Positions 44,883-57,036 of a stretch of 64,000 bases of DNA are shown piece by piece (positions within the stretch are counted from its first letter, which is position 1; each line of letters begins with the position of its first letter). A program made the position numbers and the translations under genes. The notes under the pieces are model-generated. The model was not told the origin of the DNA. It was given only the letters and a program-made list of their open reading frames with translations, and made no database searches. Location of the stretch: assembly GCF_003334765.1 (NCBI RefSeq), contig NZ_QOWT01000003.1. One strand, given 5' to 3'. The stretch comes from Escherichia coli (lineage in GTDB: Bacteria > Pseudomonadota > Gammaproteobacteria > Enterobacterales > Enterobacteriaceae).

Positions 44883-45689
44883 ATGTCTGTGGTAATTAGT
44901 GATGCATGGCGTCAGCGTTTTGGTGGCACAGCGCGTCTGTATGGTGAAAAAGCGTTGCAACTGTTTGCTGACGCGCATATTTGTGTGGTTGGTATCGGTG
45001 GTGTCGGTTCCTGGGCGGCGGAAGCGCTGGCGCGCACGGGGATTGGCGCAATCACGCTTATCGATATGGATGATGTGTGCGTCACCAATACCAATCGGCA
45101 AATTCATGCCCTGCGCGATAACGTTGGGCTGGCAAAAGCGGAAGTTATGGCGGAGCGTATTCGCCAGATTAACCCGGAGTGCCGTGTAACGGTGGTGGAT
45201 GATTTCGTGACGCCGGATAACGTAGCGCAGTATATGAGCGTGGGTTATTCGTACGTGATTGATGCCATTGATAGTGTACGGCCCAAAGCGGCGCTGATTG
45301 CTTATTGTCGGCGCAATAAAATCCCACTGGTCACAACCGGTGGCGCGGGTGGGCAGATTGATCCGACGCAGATTCAGGTTACCGATCTGGCGAAAACGAT
45401 TCAGGACCCGCTGGCGGCGAAGTTGCGCGAGCGCCTGAAAAGCGATTTTGGCGTAGTGAAAAACAGTAAAGGTAAGCTCGGCGTGGATTGCGTGTTTTCT
45501 ACTGAAGCGCTGGTGTACCCGCAGTCAGACGGTACGGTGTGTGCGATGAAAGCCACGGCAGAAGGGCCGAAGCGGATGGATTGTGCATCTGGATTTGGCG
45601 CGGCAACGATGGTGACCGCCACCTTTGGGTTTGTTGCGGTTTCTCATGCGCTGAAGAAGATGATGGCGAAAGCGGCGCGTCAGGGTTAA
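44883..45689 (+). CDS. tcdA: tRNA threonylcarbamoyladenosine dehydratase TcdA (CsdL, E1-like)
   Basis: 268 aa; ThiF/MoeB-type nucleotide-binding motif VVGIGGVGSWAAEALARTG. Confidence 0.92.
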   Translation: MSVVISDAWRQRFGGTARLYGEKALQLFADAHICVVGIGGVGSWAAEALARTGIGAITLIDMDDVCVTNTNRQIHALRDNVGLAKAEVMAERIRQINPECRVTVVDDFVTPDNVAQYMSVGYSYVIDAIDSVRPKAALIAYCRRNKIPLVTTGGAGGQIDPTQIQVTDLAKTIQDPLAAKLRERLKSDFGVVKNSKGKLGVDCVFSTEALVYPQSDGTVCAMKATAEGPKRMDCASGFGAATMVTATFGFVAVSHALKKMMAKAARQG

Positions 45690-45739
45690 ACAATCAGGTC
45701 GGATGAGACGCGAACGTCTTATCCGACCCGGTTCTGTGC

Positions 45740-46183
45740 TTAAACCTGCTTCGTCGCAGCGATAATCGCCTCGCTTAACGCATTTAACCCCTGGCTGCGT
45801 GAGGCGCTAAGCTGCGCACGTAATCCCAGCTCATCAAACAATGCCAGTGGTGACTGTGCCTGCAACTCGGCGGCGGTTTTCCCCTCAACGGCAGTCAACA
45901 ACACCGCCAGCAGGCCGCGCACAATGCGCCCTTCGCTGTCGCCAAAGAAATGCATTTTGCCGTTTTCAGCCACTGTATATCCCAGCCAGACGCGGTTTTC
46001 GCATCCGGCAATCTCTTTAGCCTGCGCTTTTAACTCGTCTGGCAATGCCGGAAGCTGTTTCCCCAGCATGATCAACTGGCGATATTTATCTTCCCATTGC
46101 GTCAACGGTGCGAAGGTATTGCGTAACGTTTCTGCGGTTACGGTTGTGCCGAACGGATGTCCGGCGAATTGCGGGTTTGTCAT
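45740..46183 (-). CDS. csdE: sulfur acceptor protein CsdE (SufE-like)
   Basis: 147 aa; immediately downstream of csdA with a 1-nt overlap. Confidence 0.92.
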
Positions 46184-47388
46184 TAATCCACCAATAATTC
46201 CAGCGCGCGGTCAACGGCATTCACCAGCGCATCCACATCACTCTTTGTATTATATGGCGCAAAAGAGGCGCGCAGTGTGCCGGTTACGCCTAATTCTGCC
46301 AGTAGCGGCTGAGCGCAATGCTGCCCGGCCCGCAGGGCAATACCGTACTCCGCCAGCAGCGTCACCATATCGCTATGATGAACGCCAGCAAAATCAAAGG
46401 CCAGCAGGCTGGAATCCTGGCAGCGGAATGAACGAAAGCCGGGACGTTTCGCCAGCGCATCTTCCGCCAGCGTTGCTAAGCTACGGCTCCAGCTTTCGGC
46501 CTGGTTGATATCGTAATCTGCCAGCCATTCCAGCGCCGCGCTTAATCCTATGACACCAGCGACATTTGGCGTTCCAGCTTCCAGTTTCCACGGCGCAGAT
46601 TGAGTCGTGAAGCCGTCAAAACTCACTTCGTGAACCATTTTGCCGCCGCCCAGCCAGGGCGACATCGCCTCCAGCAGTTCTGATTTACCATACAGCACGC
46701 CGATACCTGTCGGGCCATACAGTTTGTGACCTGAAAAAGCATAGAAATCAATATCCAGTTGCTGAACATCCGCGGGGAAATGCACTGCCCCCTGAGCACC
46801 ATCAACCATCACCACCATCCCGGCTGAATGAGCAAAGGTAATCGCTCGCGCCAGATCCGGGCAACCGCCAGTAACGTTCGACATCTGACCCAACGCCAGA
46901 ATCCGACTACGGGGAGTAATCAGTTCTGGCAACAAATCGACATCCGGCAGTCGCTGCGCATTAAGCGGCAATTTCACCACTTTGGCTCCAGTTTGTTGGG
47001 CGACCATCAGCCAGGGGACGAGGTTGGCGTGGTGTTCTGCCACGCTGACAATAATCTCATCGCCCGGTTGCAGACGCGGACGCGCATAGCATTGTGCCAC
47101 CATGTTGATGGATTCAGTGGTGCCGCGCGTCCAGACGATAGTTTTATCATCCGGTGCATTCAGTAATTGCGCCACTTTCTCTCGTGCAGCTTCATAACGC
47201 GCGGTCAGGCGTTGGGCTTCGGCAAACTGGCTGCGATGGACGTTTCCGGCGCTCAGACTGTAAAACTGTTGGGTGGCTTCAACCACGGCTTCAGGTTTAA
47301 GCGCGGTCGCGGCGCTGTCGAGATAGACGCCCGCATCCTGTAGTGCGGGAAACTGGGCGCGAAACTGCGCGGGATTAAAAACGTTCAT
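46183..47388 (-). CDS. csdA: cysteine sulfinate desulfinase / cysteine desulfurase CsdA
   Basis: 401 aa from ATG 47388 ([17 protein letters not shown]) preceded by GGAG; class V aminotransferase fold. Confidence 0.93.
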
Positions 47389-47579
47389 GGTACTCCTCGG
47401 CTTGATGCACCGATCGTGACGCAAAATTCACTTTGATACAAGGAGAGTGCTAACCATCAGAATTATCTGGATATCCTGGCGAAGCCGCGTAAGTAACATA
47501 TGCTGAATAGTGTTAGGCGTTAATTTTAGCCTGTTAATCAATACTATTAAGATTTATTAATCACTTTAAGGAGAAGATG

Positions 47580-47807
47580 ATGAAAAAGACTGCCGCAATT
47601 ATTTCTGCCTGTATGCTGACTTTTGCCCTGAGCGCCTGTTCCGGTTCGAACTATGTGATGCACACCAATGACGGACGTACCATCGTCTCTGACGGCAAAC
47701 CACAGACTGATAACGATACCGGTATGATTTCGTATAAAGACGCTAATGGCAACAAACAGCAGATCAACCGTACTGACGTGAAAGAGATGGTCGAACTGGA
47801 TCAGTAA
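47580..47807 (+). CDS. ygdI: small lipoprotein YgdI (DUF903)
   Basis: 75 aa; lipobox LSAC; paralogue of YgdR. Confidence 0.88.
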   Translation: MKKTAAIISACMLTFALSACSGSNYVMHTNDGRTIVSDGKPQTDNDTGMISYKDANGNKQQINRTDVKEMVELDQ

Positions 47808-47823
47808 TTCGCGATCGCAAGGT

Positions 47824-48029
47824 AAAAAAAAGCACCGCAATTAGGCGGTGCTACATTAATCACTATGGACAGACAGGGTAAATGTACAGGAAGTGAAAAA
47901 AGGTAGCTTTGCTACCATGGTCTGAATCGCAGACCAATTGCAAACACAACAACACAACATCACAACCGTAAGCCAAAAGTTCACCAGAACACGCATTCCG
48001 ATAAAACTTTTCGTTCCGGCTCAGGAAGT
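47824..48029 (-). ncRNA. gcvB: sRNA GcvB
   Basis: Reverse complement matches GcvB (ACTTCCTGAGCCGGAACGAAAAGTTTTATCGG...GTTGTGATGTTGTGTTGTTGTGTTTGCAATTGG...GCACCGCCTAATTGCGGTGCTTTTTTT); divergent from gcvA. Confidence 0.9.
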
Positions 48030-48157
48030 GCCGCCACTATAGGTATTTGCTGGTAGAAGCTCAACGGACAATTTATAATGGCTAAGATTAAAAAAACTAA
48101 TAGGTTACATAGTGTGATCTAATTGTTAAATTCATTTAACATCAAAGTTTAATAGCC

Positions 48158-49075
48158 ATGTCTAAACGATTACCACCGCTAAATGCCTTACGAGTTTTTG
48201 ATGCCGCAGCACGCCATTTAAGTTTCACTCGCGCAGCAGAAGAGCTTTTTGTGACCCAAGCCGCAGTAAGTCATCAAATCAAGTCTCTTGAGGATTTTTT
48301 GGGGCTAAAACTGTTCCGCCGCCGTAATCGTTCACTCCTGCTGACCGAGGAAGGGCAAAGCTATTTCCTCGATATCAAAGAGATATTTTCGCAATTAACC
48401 GAAGCGACGCGTAAACTCCAGGCCCGTAGCGCCAAGGGGGCGTTGACGGTCAGTTTACTCCCCAGTTTCGCCATTCATTGGTTGGTTCCGCGACTTTCCA
48501 GCTTTAATTCAGCTTATCCGGGAATTGACGTTCGAATCCAGGCGGTTGATCGTCAGGAAGATAAGCTGGCGGATGATGTTGATGTGGCGATATTTTATGG
48601 TCGGGGCAACTGGCCGGGGCTACGGGTGGAAAAACTGTACGCCGAATATTTATTGCCGGTGTGTTCGCCGCTACTGCTGACTGGCGAAAAACCCTTGAAG
48701 ACACCGGAAGATCTGGCTAAACATACGTTATTACATGATGCTTCGCGCCGTGACTGGCAGACATATACCCGACAGTTGGGGTTAAATCATATCAACGTTC
48801 AGCAAGGGCCAATTTTTAGCCATAGCGCCATGGTGCTGCAAGCGGCTATCCACGGGCAGGGAGTGGCGCTGGCAAATAACGTGATGGCGCAATCTGAAAT
48901 CGAGGCCGGACGTCTTGTTTGCCCGTTTAATGATGTTCTGGTCAGTAAAAATGCTTTTTATCTGGTTTGTCATGACAGTCAGGCAGAACTGGGTAAAATA
49001 GCCGCCTTTCGCCAATGGATCCTGGCGAAAGCCGCTGCTGAACAAGAAAAATTCCGCTTTCGTTATGAACAATAA
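48158..49075 (+). CDS. gcvA: glycine cleavage system transcriptional regulator GcvA (LysR family)
   Basis: 305 aa; N-terminal LTTR HTH (FTRAAEELFVTQAAVSHQIK). Confidence 0.95.
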   Translation: MSKRLPPLNALRVFDAAARHLSFTRAAEELFVTQAAVSHQIKSLEDFLGLKLFRRRNRSLLLTEEGQSYFLDIKEIFSQLTEATRKLQARSAKGALTVSLLPSFAIHWLVPRLSSFNSAYPGIDVRIQAVDRQEDKLADDVDVAIFYGRGNWPGLRVEKLYAEYLLPVCSPLLLTGEKPLKTPEDLAKHTLLHDASRRDWQTYTRQLGLNHINVQQGPIFSHSAMVLQAAIHGQGVALANNVMAQSEIEAGRLVCPFNDVLVSKNAFYLVCHDSQAELGKIAAFRQWILAKAAAEQEKFRFRYEQ

Positions 49076-49093
49076 TTTACGTAGGGTACGACC

Positions 49094-49489
49094 ATGACCA
49101 GCCGTTTTATGCTGATTTTCGCCGCCATTAGCGGCTTCATTTTTGTGGCTCTGGGCGCTTTTGGCGCGCATGTGTTAAGTAAAACCATGGGGGCCGTTGA
49201 GATGGGCTGGATCCAGACCGGCCTCGAATACCAGGCGTTTCATACGCTGGCGATCTTAGGTCTGGCGGTGGCAATGCAGCGTCGCATCAGTATCTGGTTT
49301 TACTGGAGTAGCGTTTTCCTCGCGTTAGGCACGGTGTTGTTCAGCGGCAGCCTTTATTGCCTGGCGCTGTCCCATCTGCGTTTGTGGGCGTTTGTCACTC
49401 CGGTTGGCGGCGTGAGCTTCCTCGCGGGCTGGGCGTTAATGTTAGTTGGTGCTATCCGTTTAAAGCGCAAGGGCGTAAGTCATGAATAA
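49094..49489 (+). CDS. ygdD: DUF423 inner membrane protein YgdD
   Basis: 131 aa, four predicted TM helices; overlaps the rlmM start. Confidence 0.9.
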
Positions 49490-50582
49490 GGTTGTATTGC
49501 TGTGCCGTCCGGGCTTTGAAAAAGAGTGCGCCGCAGAAATTACCGATAAAGCCGGCCAGCGGGAAATTTTCGGTTTTGCCCGCGTGAAAGAGAATGCGGG
49601 TTATGTCATTTATGAATGTTATCAACCTGATGATGGCGATAAGTTAATCCGTGAGCTGCCGTTCAGTTCATTAATTTTTGCCCGCCAGTGGTTTGTGGTG
49701 GGGGAACTCCTGCAGCATTTGCCGCCAGAAGATCGTATTACCCCCATTGTCGGCATGTTACAGGGCGTAGTAGAGAAGGGCGGTGAACTGCGTGTTGAAG
49801 TTGCCGATACCAACGAAAGCAAAGAGTTACTGAAATTCTGCCGTAAATTTACTGTTCCGCTACGCGCTGCCTTGCGCGATGCCGGGGTGCTGGCGAACTA
49901 TGAAACGCCGAAGCGTCCGGTTGTGCATGTATTCTTTATTGCACCAGGCTGCTGCTATACCGGTTACTCATACAGCAACAATAATTCGCCGTTCTATATG
50001 GGCATTCCGCGCCTGAAATTTCCGGCAGATGCGCCGAGTCGTTCCACGCTCAAACTGGAAGAGGCATTTCATGTGTTTATTCCTGCGGATGAGTGGGATG
50101 AACGCCTGGCGAACGGGATGTGGGCGGTGGATTTAGGCGCTTGCCCTGGCGGCTGGACCTACCAACTGGTGAAGCGCAACATGTGGGTTTATTCCGTCGA
50201 CAACGGCCCGATGGCGCAAAGTCTGATGGATACCGGACAGGTGACGTGGCTGCGGGAAGACGGTTTCAAATTCCGTCCGACGCGCAGCAATATCTCCTGG
50301 ATGGTATGCGATATGGTTGAAAAACCGGCGAAAGTTGCGGCATTGATGGCGCAGTGGCTGGTTAATGGCTGGTGCCGTGAAACCATTTTCAACCTCAAAC
50401 TGCCGATGAAAAAACGCTACGAAGAAGTGTCACACAATCTGGCGTATATTCAGGCACAGCTTGATGAACATGGCATAAATGCTCAGATTCAGGCGCGGCA
50501 GTTGTATCACGATCGCGAAGAAGTGACGGTGCACGTCCGCCGCATCTGGGCTGCGGTGGGTGGTCGTCGCGACGAGCGATAA
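49482..50582 (+). CDS. rlmM: 23S rRNA (C2498 2'-O)-methyltransferase RlmM (YgdE)
   Basis: 366 aa; matches K-12 RlmM length and position. Confidence 0.92.
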
Positions 50583-50625
50583 CAGGCAAGGCCGGGGCGT
50601 CGTCTCCGGCCTGCTACCCTTTCCG

Positions 50626-51357
50626 TCAGGCTGTTACCAAAGAAGTTGCAACCTGGCGCTCATCAGAAATAATGTGCGTTACCTCATCCAGATGCCCGAT
50701 GCGGGCTTCCCCTGAACGATTAAATTTACTTTTATCAATCAATAACAACGATTGCGCGGCACGTTTTAATAGCATCGATTTGTAATCAGCGTTGATCGCA
50801 TTGGAGTCCCACAGTGCGCCGCTGCTATCGATCCCTTCACAAGAAAAAATAAACAGATCGATTTCCAGCGATTTAAGTTGGGAAATCAGCGAGGGATTGA
50901 CGTAACAGCCATATTTGCGCTCAAGTGTGCCGCCGGAACTGATCAGTTGAATGCGTTCGCGTTTACCGAGTTCATGGCAAATCGGATGGCTATTGGTGAA
51001 GACCTGAATGTTGATGTCAGGCAACTGGCGTGCCAGATACCAGCAAGTTGAACTGGCGTCTAAGGCTATCACCATCCCTTCTTCAATCCACGCGAGCGCC
51101 TCGCGCGCGATATCTGCTTTATGCGCATAATGGCTTTTCAGCCTGATGTGAAAGGGATCGCCACTGTCTTGATTTTGACGGTGGATATATTTAGCGCGTC
51201 CATGATTGCGCAGAATTTTACCCTGCGTCTGTAATTCATTGAGATCGCGACGAATGGTTTCTTTACTGACCTTTAGCTGTTCAGAGAGAGCTTCCGTGGT
51301 CAGGCTGGTATGGTTCAGCAGCAGGTCGACTATCGCTTGCTGGCGTGCCGCTTTCAT
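50626..51357 (-). CDS. fucR: L-fucose operon activator FucR (DeoR family)
   Basis: 243 aa from ATG 51357; DeoR-type HTH near the N-terminus. Confidence 0.93.
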   Translation of the reverse strand: MKAARQQAIVDLLLNHTSLTTEALSEQLKVSKETIRRDLNELQTQGKILRNHGRAKYIHRQNQDSGDPFHIRLKSHYAHKADIAREALAWIEEGMVIALDASSTCWYLARQLPDINIQVFTNSHPICHELGKRERIQLISSGGTLERKYGCYVNPSLISQLKSLEIDLFIFSCEGIDSSGALWDSNAINADYKSMLLKRAAQSLLLIDKSKFNRSGEARIGHLDEVTHIISDERQVATSLVTA

Positions 51358-51414
51358 ATTTTTCACCCCATCATTCGATAACCGCCCGCGTCATGCGGGC
51401 GTACCGGTATGAGA

Positions 51415-51837
51415 TTACGGTGTTACCCCTTTTTTTAAAAGAATATTCCCGTACTTCGCTCGTTCGCCTGTGATAACGATCGCAAAGGCTTTTTGCGCCC
51501 GTTCATAAAACGCAAAACGATTGATGCGGATGATGTCAGGACACGGGGCTTGTAGTGAAAGCGCATTACGGTAACGTCGTTCTACTTCAGGATCGAGAGT
51601 GTCACCTTCTACCGCCGCCATCATCACCAGCGGCGGTGCATAACTGTCCAGTTCAAATAACGGGATAATCGCCTGGAGCAAGTCGCTCACCAACAGGCCA
51701 TCAGCGCGGATCACCTGCGGTCCCATCGAATGGGCGGGAAAGTGAGCATCGGAAAAAATAATTTCATCTCCATGTCCCATCTCTGCCAGCACTTTCAATA
51801 GTTCGGGAGAAATTAACGGCGAAATTGTTTTCAGCAT
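51415..51837 (-). CDS. fucU: L-fucose mutarotase FucU
   Basis: 140 aa; RbsD/FucU family; position in the fuc operon. Confidence 0.93.
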
Positions 51838-51838
51838 T

Positions 51839-53257
51839 TCACACTTCCTCTATAAATTCAGGTTCAGTTTGCGGGTAGAAATAACGGTACTGATAATGAA
51901 TCTGTGCGCGGGCTTCTTCCGGGCTGTTAAATTCCCCTACGCCATACCAACCGAACAGCGCAGCTCCTGCGACGGTCGTTTCGGCGTCGTCGAGAACTTT
52001 TACCGGAATATCAAGCATATTGGCTTTAATCTGATTCCACAATGTGTTGCGACTTCCTCCACCGACTAACAATAATTCAGAGGCCTTAAAGTGCCCGATT
52101 TTTTCCAGCATCTGTAGATTGCGCTGTAATTGCGCAGTTAACCCTTCCAGCGCCGCGCGATAGAAATGCCCCCGCGTGGTATTAAGCGTCACTCCTTGCC
52201 AGCCAGCGTTCTGACACGACAATAAATCACACTGCATTTTTACGCCATCCGCGCCAGGCGCGATCAGACGAGCTTCTTCAATCAACATTTGCCAGGGTGT
52301 TTCAGCCGTCCAGAACAGTTTTCTCACCCATTCCAGCACGCCGGATGCCAGCCATTGCATACCTGGGTTATACAACCCTGCCTGGCTATCCAGTTCGCAG
52401 GTGGAACCGGCGTACTGACTTAACAGCGAAGTATCAACCTGGGCGCTGCGAACCATTAAAATTTCCCATGTACCGGAAGAGAGCACGGGTTCATTTTGTT
52501 CAGCACCAGCGCCAAAAAGGGCGAACTGGGTATCGTGACCTGCGGAAATCACCGGTATGCCAACGGGTAAGCCGAGCATTGCTGCGGCGCTGTTCTGTAG
52601 CGTACCAATCTGTTCACCCGCTTCCACCAGACGAGGGAAGAGTCGGCGTGGAATACCGGTGGCTTGTAAAATTTGCGGACTGAAATCGCGTTGCTGGATA
52701 TCCAGCATCTGGCTGGTTCCGGCCATCGTGATATCAGTAGTGAATTCGCCGGTTAAACGGTGGTTAATCAGCGACGAAATAAAGAGCCAGGCGTGCGCGC
52801 GTTCCAGCAGTTGTGGATGATTTTCTTTCAACCACACCAACTTATATAACGTATTGAAACTAAAGGCTCCGACGCCAGAAATAGCCTGCAACCGCTGTGC
52901 GGAGATTAACCGTTCAATATTGTCCATAACCGCTGCTGTTCGCGGACATTTCCAGCTAATAATCGGATAGAGCAGATTGCCTTGCTTATCTACCAGAGCG
53001 CCATCCACACCAAAGGTGGTGACGGCGATACCGCGGATGTGGCATTCAGTCAGTTCACTATTGATTTGCCGACAGCAATCAGCAAAGCGTTGCAAAATGG
53101 CGTCTAAAGACCACTGGTGCCAGGTGTTGTTTTCCATCGCGATATCGCTGGCATTAGGCGTTGAGGCGCGGGCAACAATTTTGCCCTGCCGATTAACCGC
53201 GATGGCCCTGACATTGGTCGCGCCACAGTCGAGTACCAGGATAACTTCTTGTTTCAT
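51839..53257 (-). CDS. fucK: L-fuculokinase FucK
   Basis: FGGY kinase; ATG 53257 preceded by AGGAG gives 472 aa ([21 protein letters not shown]). Confidence 0.93.
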
Positions 53258-53365
53258 AATCGCTCCTGCAATATAGCCGGATAACATTGCTTATCCGGCT
53301 AACCACTCTTGCTTGTTCAGGCCCGGTAGCCGGAGCGACCGGGCATCACATCAGGGAGTAATGTA

Positions 53366-55141
53366 TTAACGCTTGTACAACGGACCGTAGTTCTGGCAAG
53401 CGCGGTAATCCTGGCCTTCAATATCCATGCCGTGCGCAGCCCAGGCAGAAGGACGATACACTTTGGTCTCTTCAACGTTGTGCATACATACCGGGATACG
53501 CAGCATGGAGGCGAGAGTGATAAAGTCTGCGCCAACGTGGCCGATGGTCAGAACCCCATGGTTAGCGCCCCAGTTCGCCATTACCGAGTACACATCCGTA
53601 AACGGCCCTTTACCGGTGAGGCGCGGTGCAAACCAGGTGGTTGGCCAGGTTGAGTTGGTGCGTTTGTTGAGGATGTCATGCACATCCTTCGGCAATTCCA
53701 CGCTCCAGCCTTCCGCGATTTGCAGTACCGGTCCCAGGCCTTTGATGATGTTGACACGAGTCATGGTGAACGGGACGCCGCCTTCGGTAAGGAAGCGGGA
53801 AGAGTAACCGCCGCCACGGAAGTATTCGTGGATCGCCGGGCACCATTCGGTAGCGGCGAGGCAAGCGTCAGCCTCTTGCTGAGAGATTTCCCAGTGTGGC
53901 TTCATCGTCGGGTTACCTTCGCTGTCGCGTTGTTTACAGGAACCGTCCAGCGCAGCAGAACCGGAGTTGATCAAATGGATGATGCCGTGTTCTGCCAGTC
54001 CATCCAGTTTATGCCCCGTTACACGCTCAATTGCTTCTGGTGACCAGTAGGTACGCACATCGGCAAATACCTGAGCGGTGCCGGTGAGCTGGTGACCCAT
54101 TAGCATTGCCACGCCGTTAAGACTGTCGTTTTCGGTCGCCACGACAAAGGGTTCGCGCACGCCATTCCAGTCAAATGAACTGTTGAGGATCGCTTCGGCG
54201 GTGTCACCATTGGGATATTGATCGGTCCAGTGACGTTGCCCCTGGAAGCCCGCAGCGATGGCGTTGTAGCCAAGTGATTCTTCCACGCGACCAATATCGG
54301 CCAGTTTGCTGTTGCCTTGCATCATGTCGCGGATACACATCGCCATCAGTAAACTTTCGCGCAGAACTGCGCGGCTTTGCTCGGCATTACGTTGATACTG
54401 TTTGTTATTTTCATCTTCGCCATAGCGGAAGTTTTTATCAGCCCAGGCCAGTGCCATTTCCAATTCGGCTTCGTCGTAAATCTTCTGATCGATACGGCGA
54501 CGCAGTTCGGTCATATCCACCGCCTGGACTTTCATTCCCAGCCAGGATTCAAAGAAGTTGTGATCAACAATGGAACCGGCGATACCCATCGAAACGCCGC
54601 CCAGCGACAGATAGCTTTTACCTTTCATGCTGGCGACGGCCAAACCGGCGCGGGCAAAGCGCAGCAGTTTTTCTTCAACATCGGCAGGAATCGATGTGTC
54701 ATCGGCATCCTGAACGTCATGACCGTAAATGGAGAATGCTGGGATGCCTTTCTGGCTGTGAGCTGCCAGAGCCGCTGCCAGGTAAACAGCGCCGGGGCGT
54801 TCAGTGCCGTTAAAGCCCCAAATGGCCTTCGGGCGGGTTGGATCCATGTCGATGGTTTCACTGCCATAGCACCAGCAAGGCGTTACCGTAATGGTGAGGC
54901 CTACATTCTGACTGCTGAATTTTTCTTCGCAAGCAGCGGCTTCAGCCATACCCGCGATACAGGTATCGGAAATGACACACTCGACGGCAGCTCCGCAGGC
55001 ATGGCGCAGTTTCTCGGTCAGCAGTGCGGCCGTAGCTTTCGCCATATTCATTGTTTGTTCTTCAAGCGACTCACGAACACCCATGCGACGACCGTCAATA
55101 ACCGGGCGGATACCAATTTTCGGTAAGCTGATTTTTTTCAT
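53366..55141 (-). CDS. fucI: L-fucose isomerase FucI
   Basis: 591 aa; [31 protein letters not shown]-terminus. Confidence 0.95.
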   Translation of the reverse strand: MKKISLPKIGIRPVIDGRRMGVRESLEEQTMNMAKATAALLTEKLRHACGAAVECVISDTCIAGMAEAAACEEKFSSQNVGLTITVTPCWCYGSETIDMDPTRPKAIWGFNGTERPGAVYLAAALAAHSQKGIPAFSIYGHDVQDADDTSIPADVEEKLLRFARAGLAVASMKGKSYLSLGGVSMGIAGSIVDHNFFESWLGMKVQAVDMTELRRRIDQKIYDEAELEMALAWADKNFRYGEDENNKQYQRNAEQSRAVLRESLLMAMCIRDMMQGNSKLADIGRVEESLGYNAIAAGFQGQRHWTDQYPNGDTAEAILNSSFDWNGVREPFVVATENDSLNGVAMLMGHQLTGTAQVFADVRTYWSPEAIERVTGHKLDGLAEHGIIHLINSGSAALDGSCKQRDSEGNPTMKPHWEISQQEADACLAATEWCPAIHEYFRGGGYSSRFLTEGGVPFTMTRVNIIKGLGPVLQIAEGWSVELPKDVHDILNKRTNSTWPTTWFAPRLTGKGPFTDVYSVMANWGANHGVLTIGHVGADFITLASMLRIPVCMHNVEETKVYRPSAWAAHGMDIEGQDYRACQNYGPLYKR

Positions 55142-55173
55142 TACAGATTCCTCACTTTATTCGGAAAATATGT

Positions 55174-56490
55174 TCAGTTAGTTGCCGTTTGAGAACGGAA
55201 ACGGGCAAAGATAAAGATGACCGCGAAGCAGAGTGCGGGGATCAGTTCAGCAGTGGGGATGTTGCCCGCCGCGTCACTGACAAAACCCATGACCGGAGTG
55301 ACAATACCGCCGCCAATAATGGTCATAACGATGAAGGACGAACCATATTTGGTGTCCTGGCCGAGATTCTTAATGCCCAGCGAGAAGATTGTTGGGTACT
55401 GAATCGACATAAAGGCGCTGCATAAAGTCAGGGCTATTAAGCCCACATGACCGCCAGCGAAGGCTGAGATCAGGCACAGTGCCATAGCGATTAATGCGTA
55501 GGCGGCCAGGACTTTGTGTGGTGCGAAGCGACTGATGAGCCAGGTACCGGTGAAACGACCAATAAAGAAGCACACCATGGTTCCGGTTAAATAGTTAGCG
55601 GCAAAGCCTGCAGTCATACCTGGAATTTCTTCTACAGCGTAGCGAATCAAATAGCTCCAGCAGGCCGTTTGTGCGCCGACATAGCAGAATTGCGCTAATA
55701 CCGCCCAGCGCCAGTGGCGAATACGCGCCAGGCGAGAAAGCGATGCGGAGAACGATCCTTGTTTGGCGTCACTGTGATTATCACTCTGCAATGCCGGGAA
55801 TTTCGTCAGCATGATCAGCAGGGCGACCAGTAACACGATAGCCACGATGATCATATAAGGTGTCTGTACCGATAATACCAGGCTGTGTTTATACGCACTC
55901 AATTGCTCTGGAGACATTTTATCGAGAACGTCTTGCGATTGATGTGGCACGTTAGACAAAATAAGACTTTGCCCAAAGACAACCGCGATAATTGCGCCAA
56001 ACGAGTTAAATGTTTGCGCAAGATTTAAGCGGAAGTGACCACTACTTTCCGGCCCTAATACCGTAACAAAAGGGTTTGCGGCAGTTTCCAGACAACCTAA
56101 TCCGGCTGCAATAATAAATAGGCCAACTAAAAATAAGGTGTAGTTCATTATTTCTGCGGCGGGCCAGAATAATGCAGCACCCAAGGCATATAAAAATAAC
56201 CCGGTAATAATCCCTGCTTTATAACTGAGTTTTTTCATCAATATCCCAGCAGGGATTGGGATAATGAAATAACCAAAGTAAAAGGCCGATTGGATCAGGC
56301 CAGCCTGGAAATTTGTCAGCGTAAAAGCCTGCTGGAATTGAGGTAATAAAATGTCGTTAAGGTTATTGGCTACCGCCCAAAGAAAAAACAGTGAGCACAG
56401 CAGCGCGAATGGAATAATGTAACTTCTGCTTTGCCCTGCATCTTTATCTACCGCACGGTAACTCTGCGTTTGTATTGATGTGTTTCCCAT
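55174..56490 (-). CDS. fucP: L-fucose:H+ symporter FucP (MFS)
   Basis: 438 aa polytopic membrane protein. Confidence 0.94.
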   Translation of the reverse strand: MGNTSIQTQSYRAVDKDAGQSRSYIIPFALLCSLFFLWAVANNLNDILLPQFQQAFTLTNFQAGLIQSAFYFGYFIIPIPAGILMKKLSYKAGIITGLFLYALGAALFWPAAEIMNYTLFLVGLFIIAAGLGCLETAANPFVTVLGPESSGHFRLNLAQTFNSFGAIIAVVFGQSLILSNVPHQSQDVLDKMSPEQLSAYKHSLVLSVQTPYMIIVAIVLLVALLIMLTKFPALQSDNHSDAKQGSFSASLSRLARIRHWRWAVLAQFCYVGAQTACWSYLIRYAVEEIPGMTAGFAANYLTGTMVCFFIGRFTGTWLISRFAPHKVLAAYALIAMALCLISAFAGGHVGLIALTLCSAFMSIQYPTIFSLGIKNLGQDTKYGSSFIVMTIIGGGIVTPVMGFVSDAAGNIPTAELIPALCFAVIFIFARFRSQTATN

Positions 56491-56678
56491 AGCATCCTCT
56501 TAGGTTCAGAAGCTTAAGCACGTAATCGGTTATGTTTTCAAAAGTGCAAAACCAGCGAGTTCGGGCTTCATATCAGTGAATATTTGCCTGTCTGAAATGA
56601 ACTCATGGATTCATTTTCAAATAAAAAACGCTCTGTAATATGACGGCGGTCACACTTATTAGCTAGAAGGTGACTTTA

Positions 56679-56846
56679 TGTGACTACCATCACTTTAATA
56701 ATCGAAATTTCATGCCCGTTTCAGAAAATAAATCATAAAAAACACAAATCAGATGACCGTATTAATTGTTTGTGCCGAAAACGGTCATTCCGGGCTTGGA
56801 GGAATAGAAAAATGACCGTTTTGATAAATATTTTTAAGAGCGGTCA
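56679..56846. promoter_or_regulatory. fucPIKUR / fucAO divergent control region: CRP-like site plus four TGACCG(T) half-sites
   Basis: TGTGA-N6-TCACT at 56679-56694; TGACCGT at 56754-56760 and 56813-56819, each paired with an inverted ACGGTCA / GCGGTCA 20 bp downstream (56781-56787, 56840-56846). Confidence 0.45.
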
Positions 56847-57036
56847 TTTTTAATGGGGTTATAAAAAGAGAACTTGCAGTTATTTACTGTGATTAGTTGA
56901 ACCAGGTCACAAAATATAAGCTTGTGAATTTCTTTCTTGTTAATCAGGAAGAAGATGGTGGGTAATTAAACGGCTAATTCAATAGTGTGAAAGGAACAAC
57001 ATTATTGCCCTGTTTTGAATCAGAGAGAGGTAGCTA

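Noticed and set aside
54377-55126. 249-aa + strand ORF inside fucI, plus similar antisense ORFs inside yqeF, aas, recB, recD, argA and fucP
   Set aside because: Each lies fully inside a well-supported gene on the opposite strand, lacks an RBS and looks like chance open frames.
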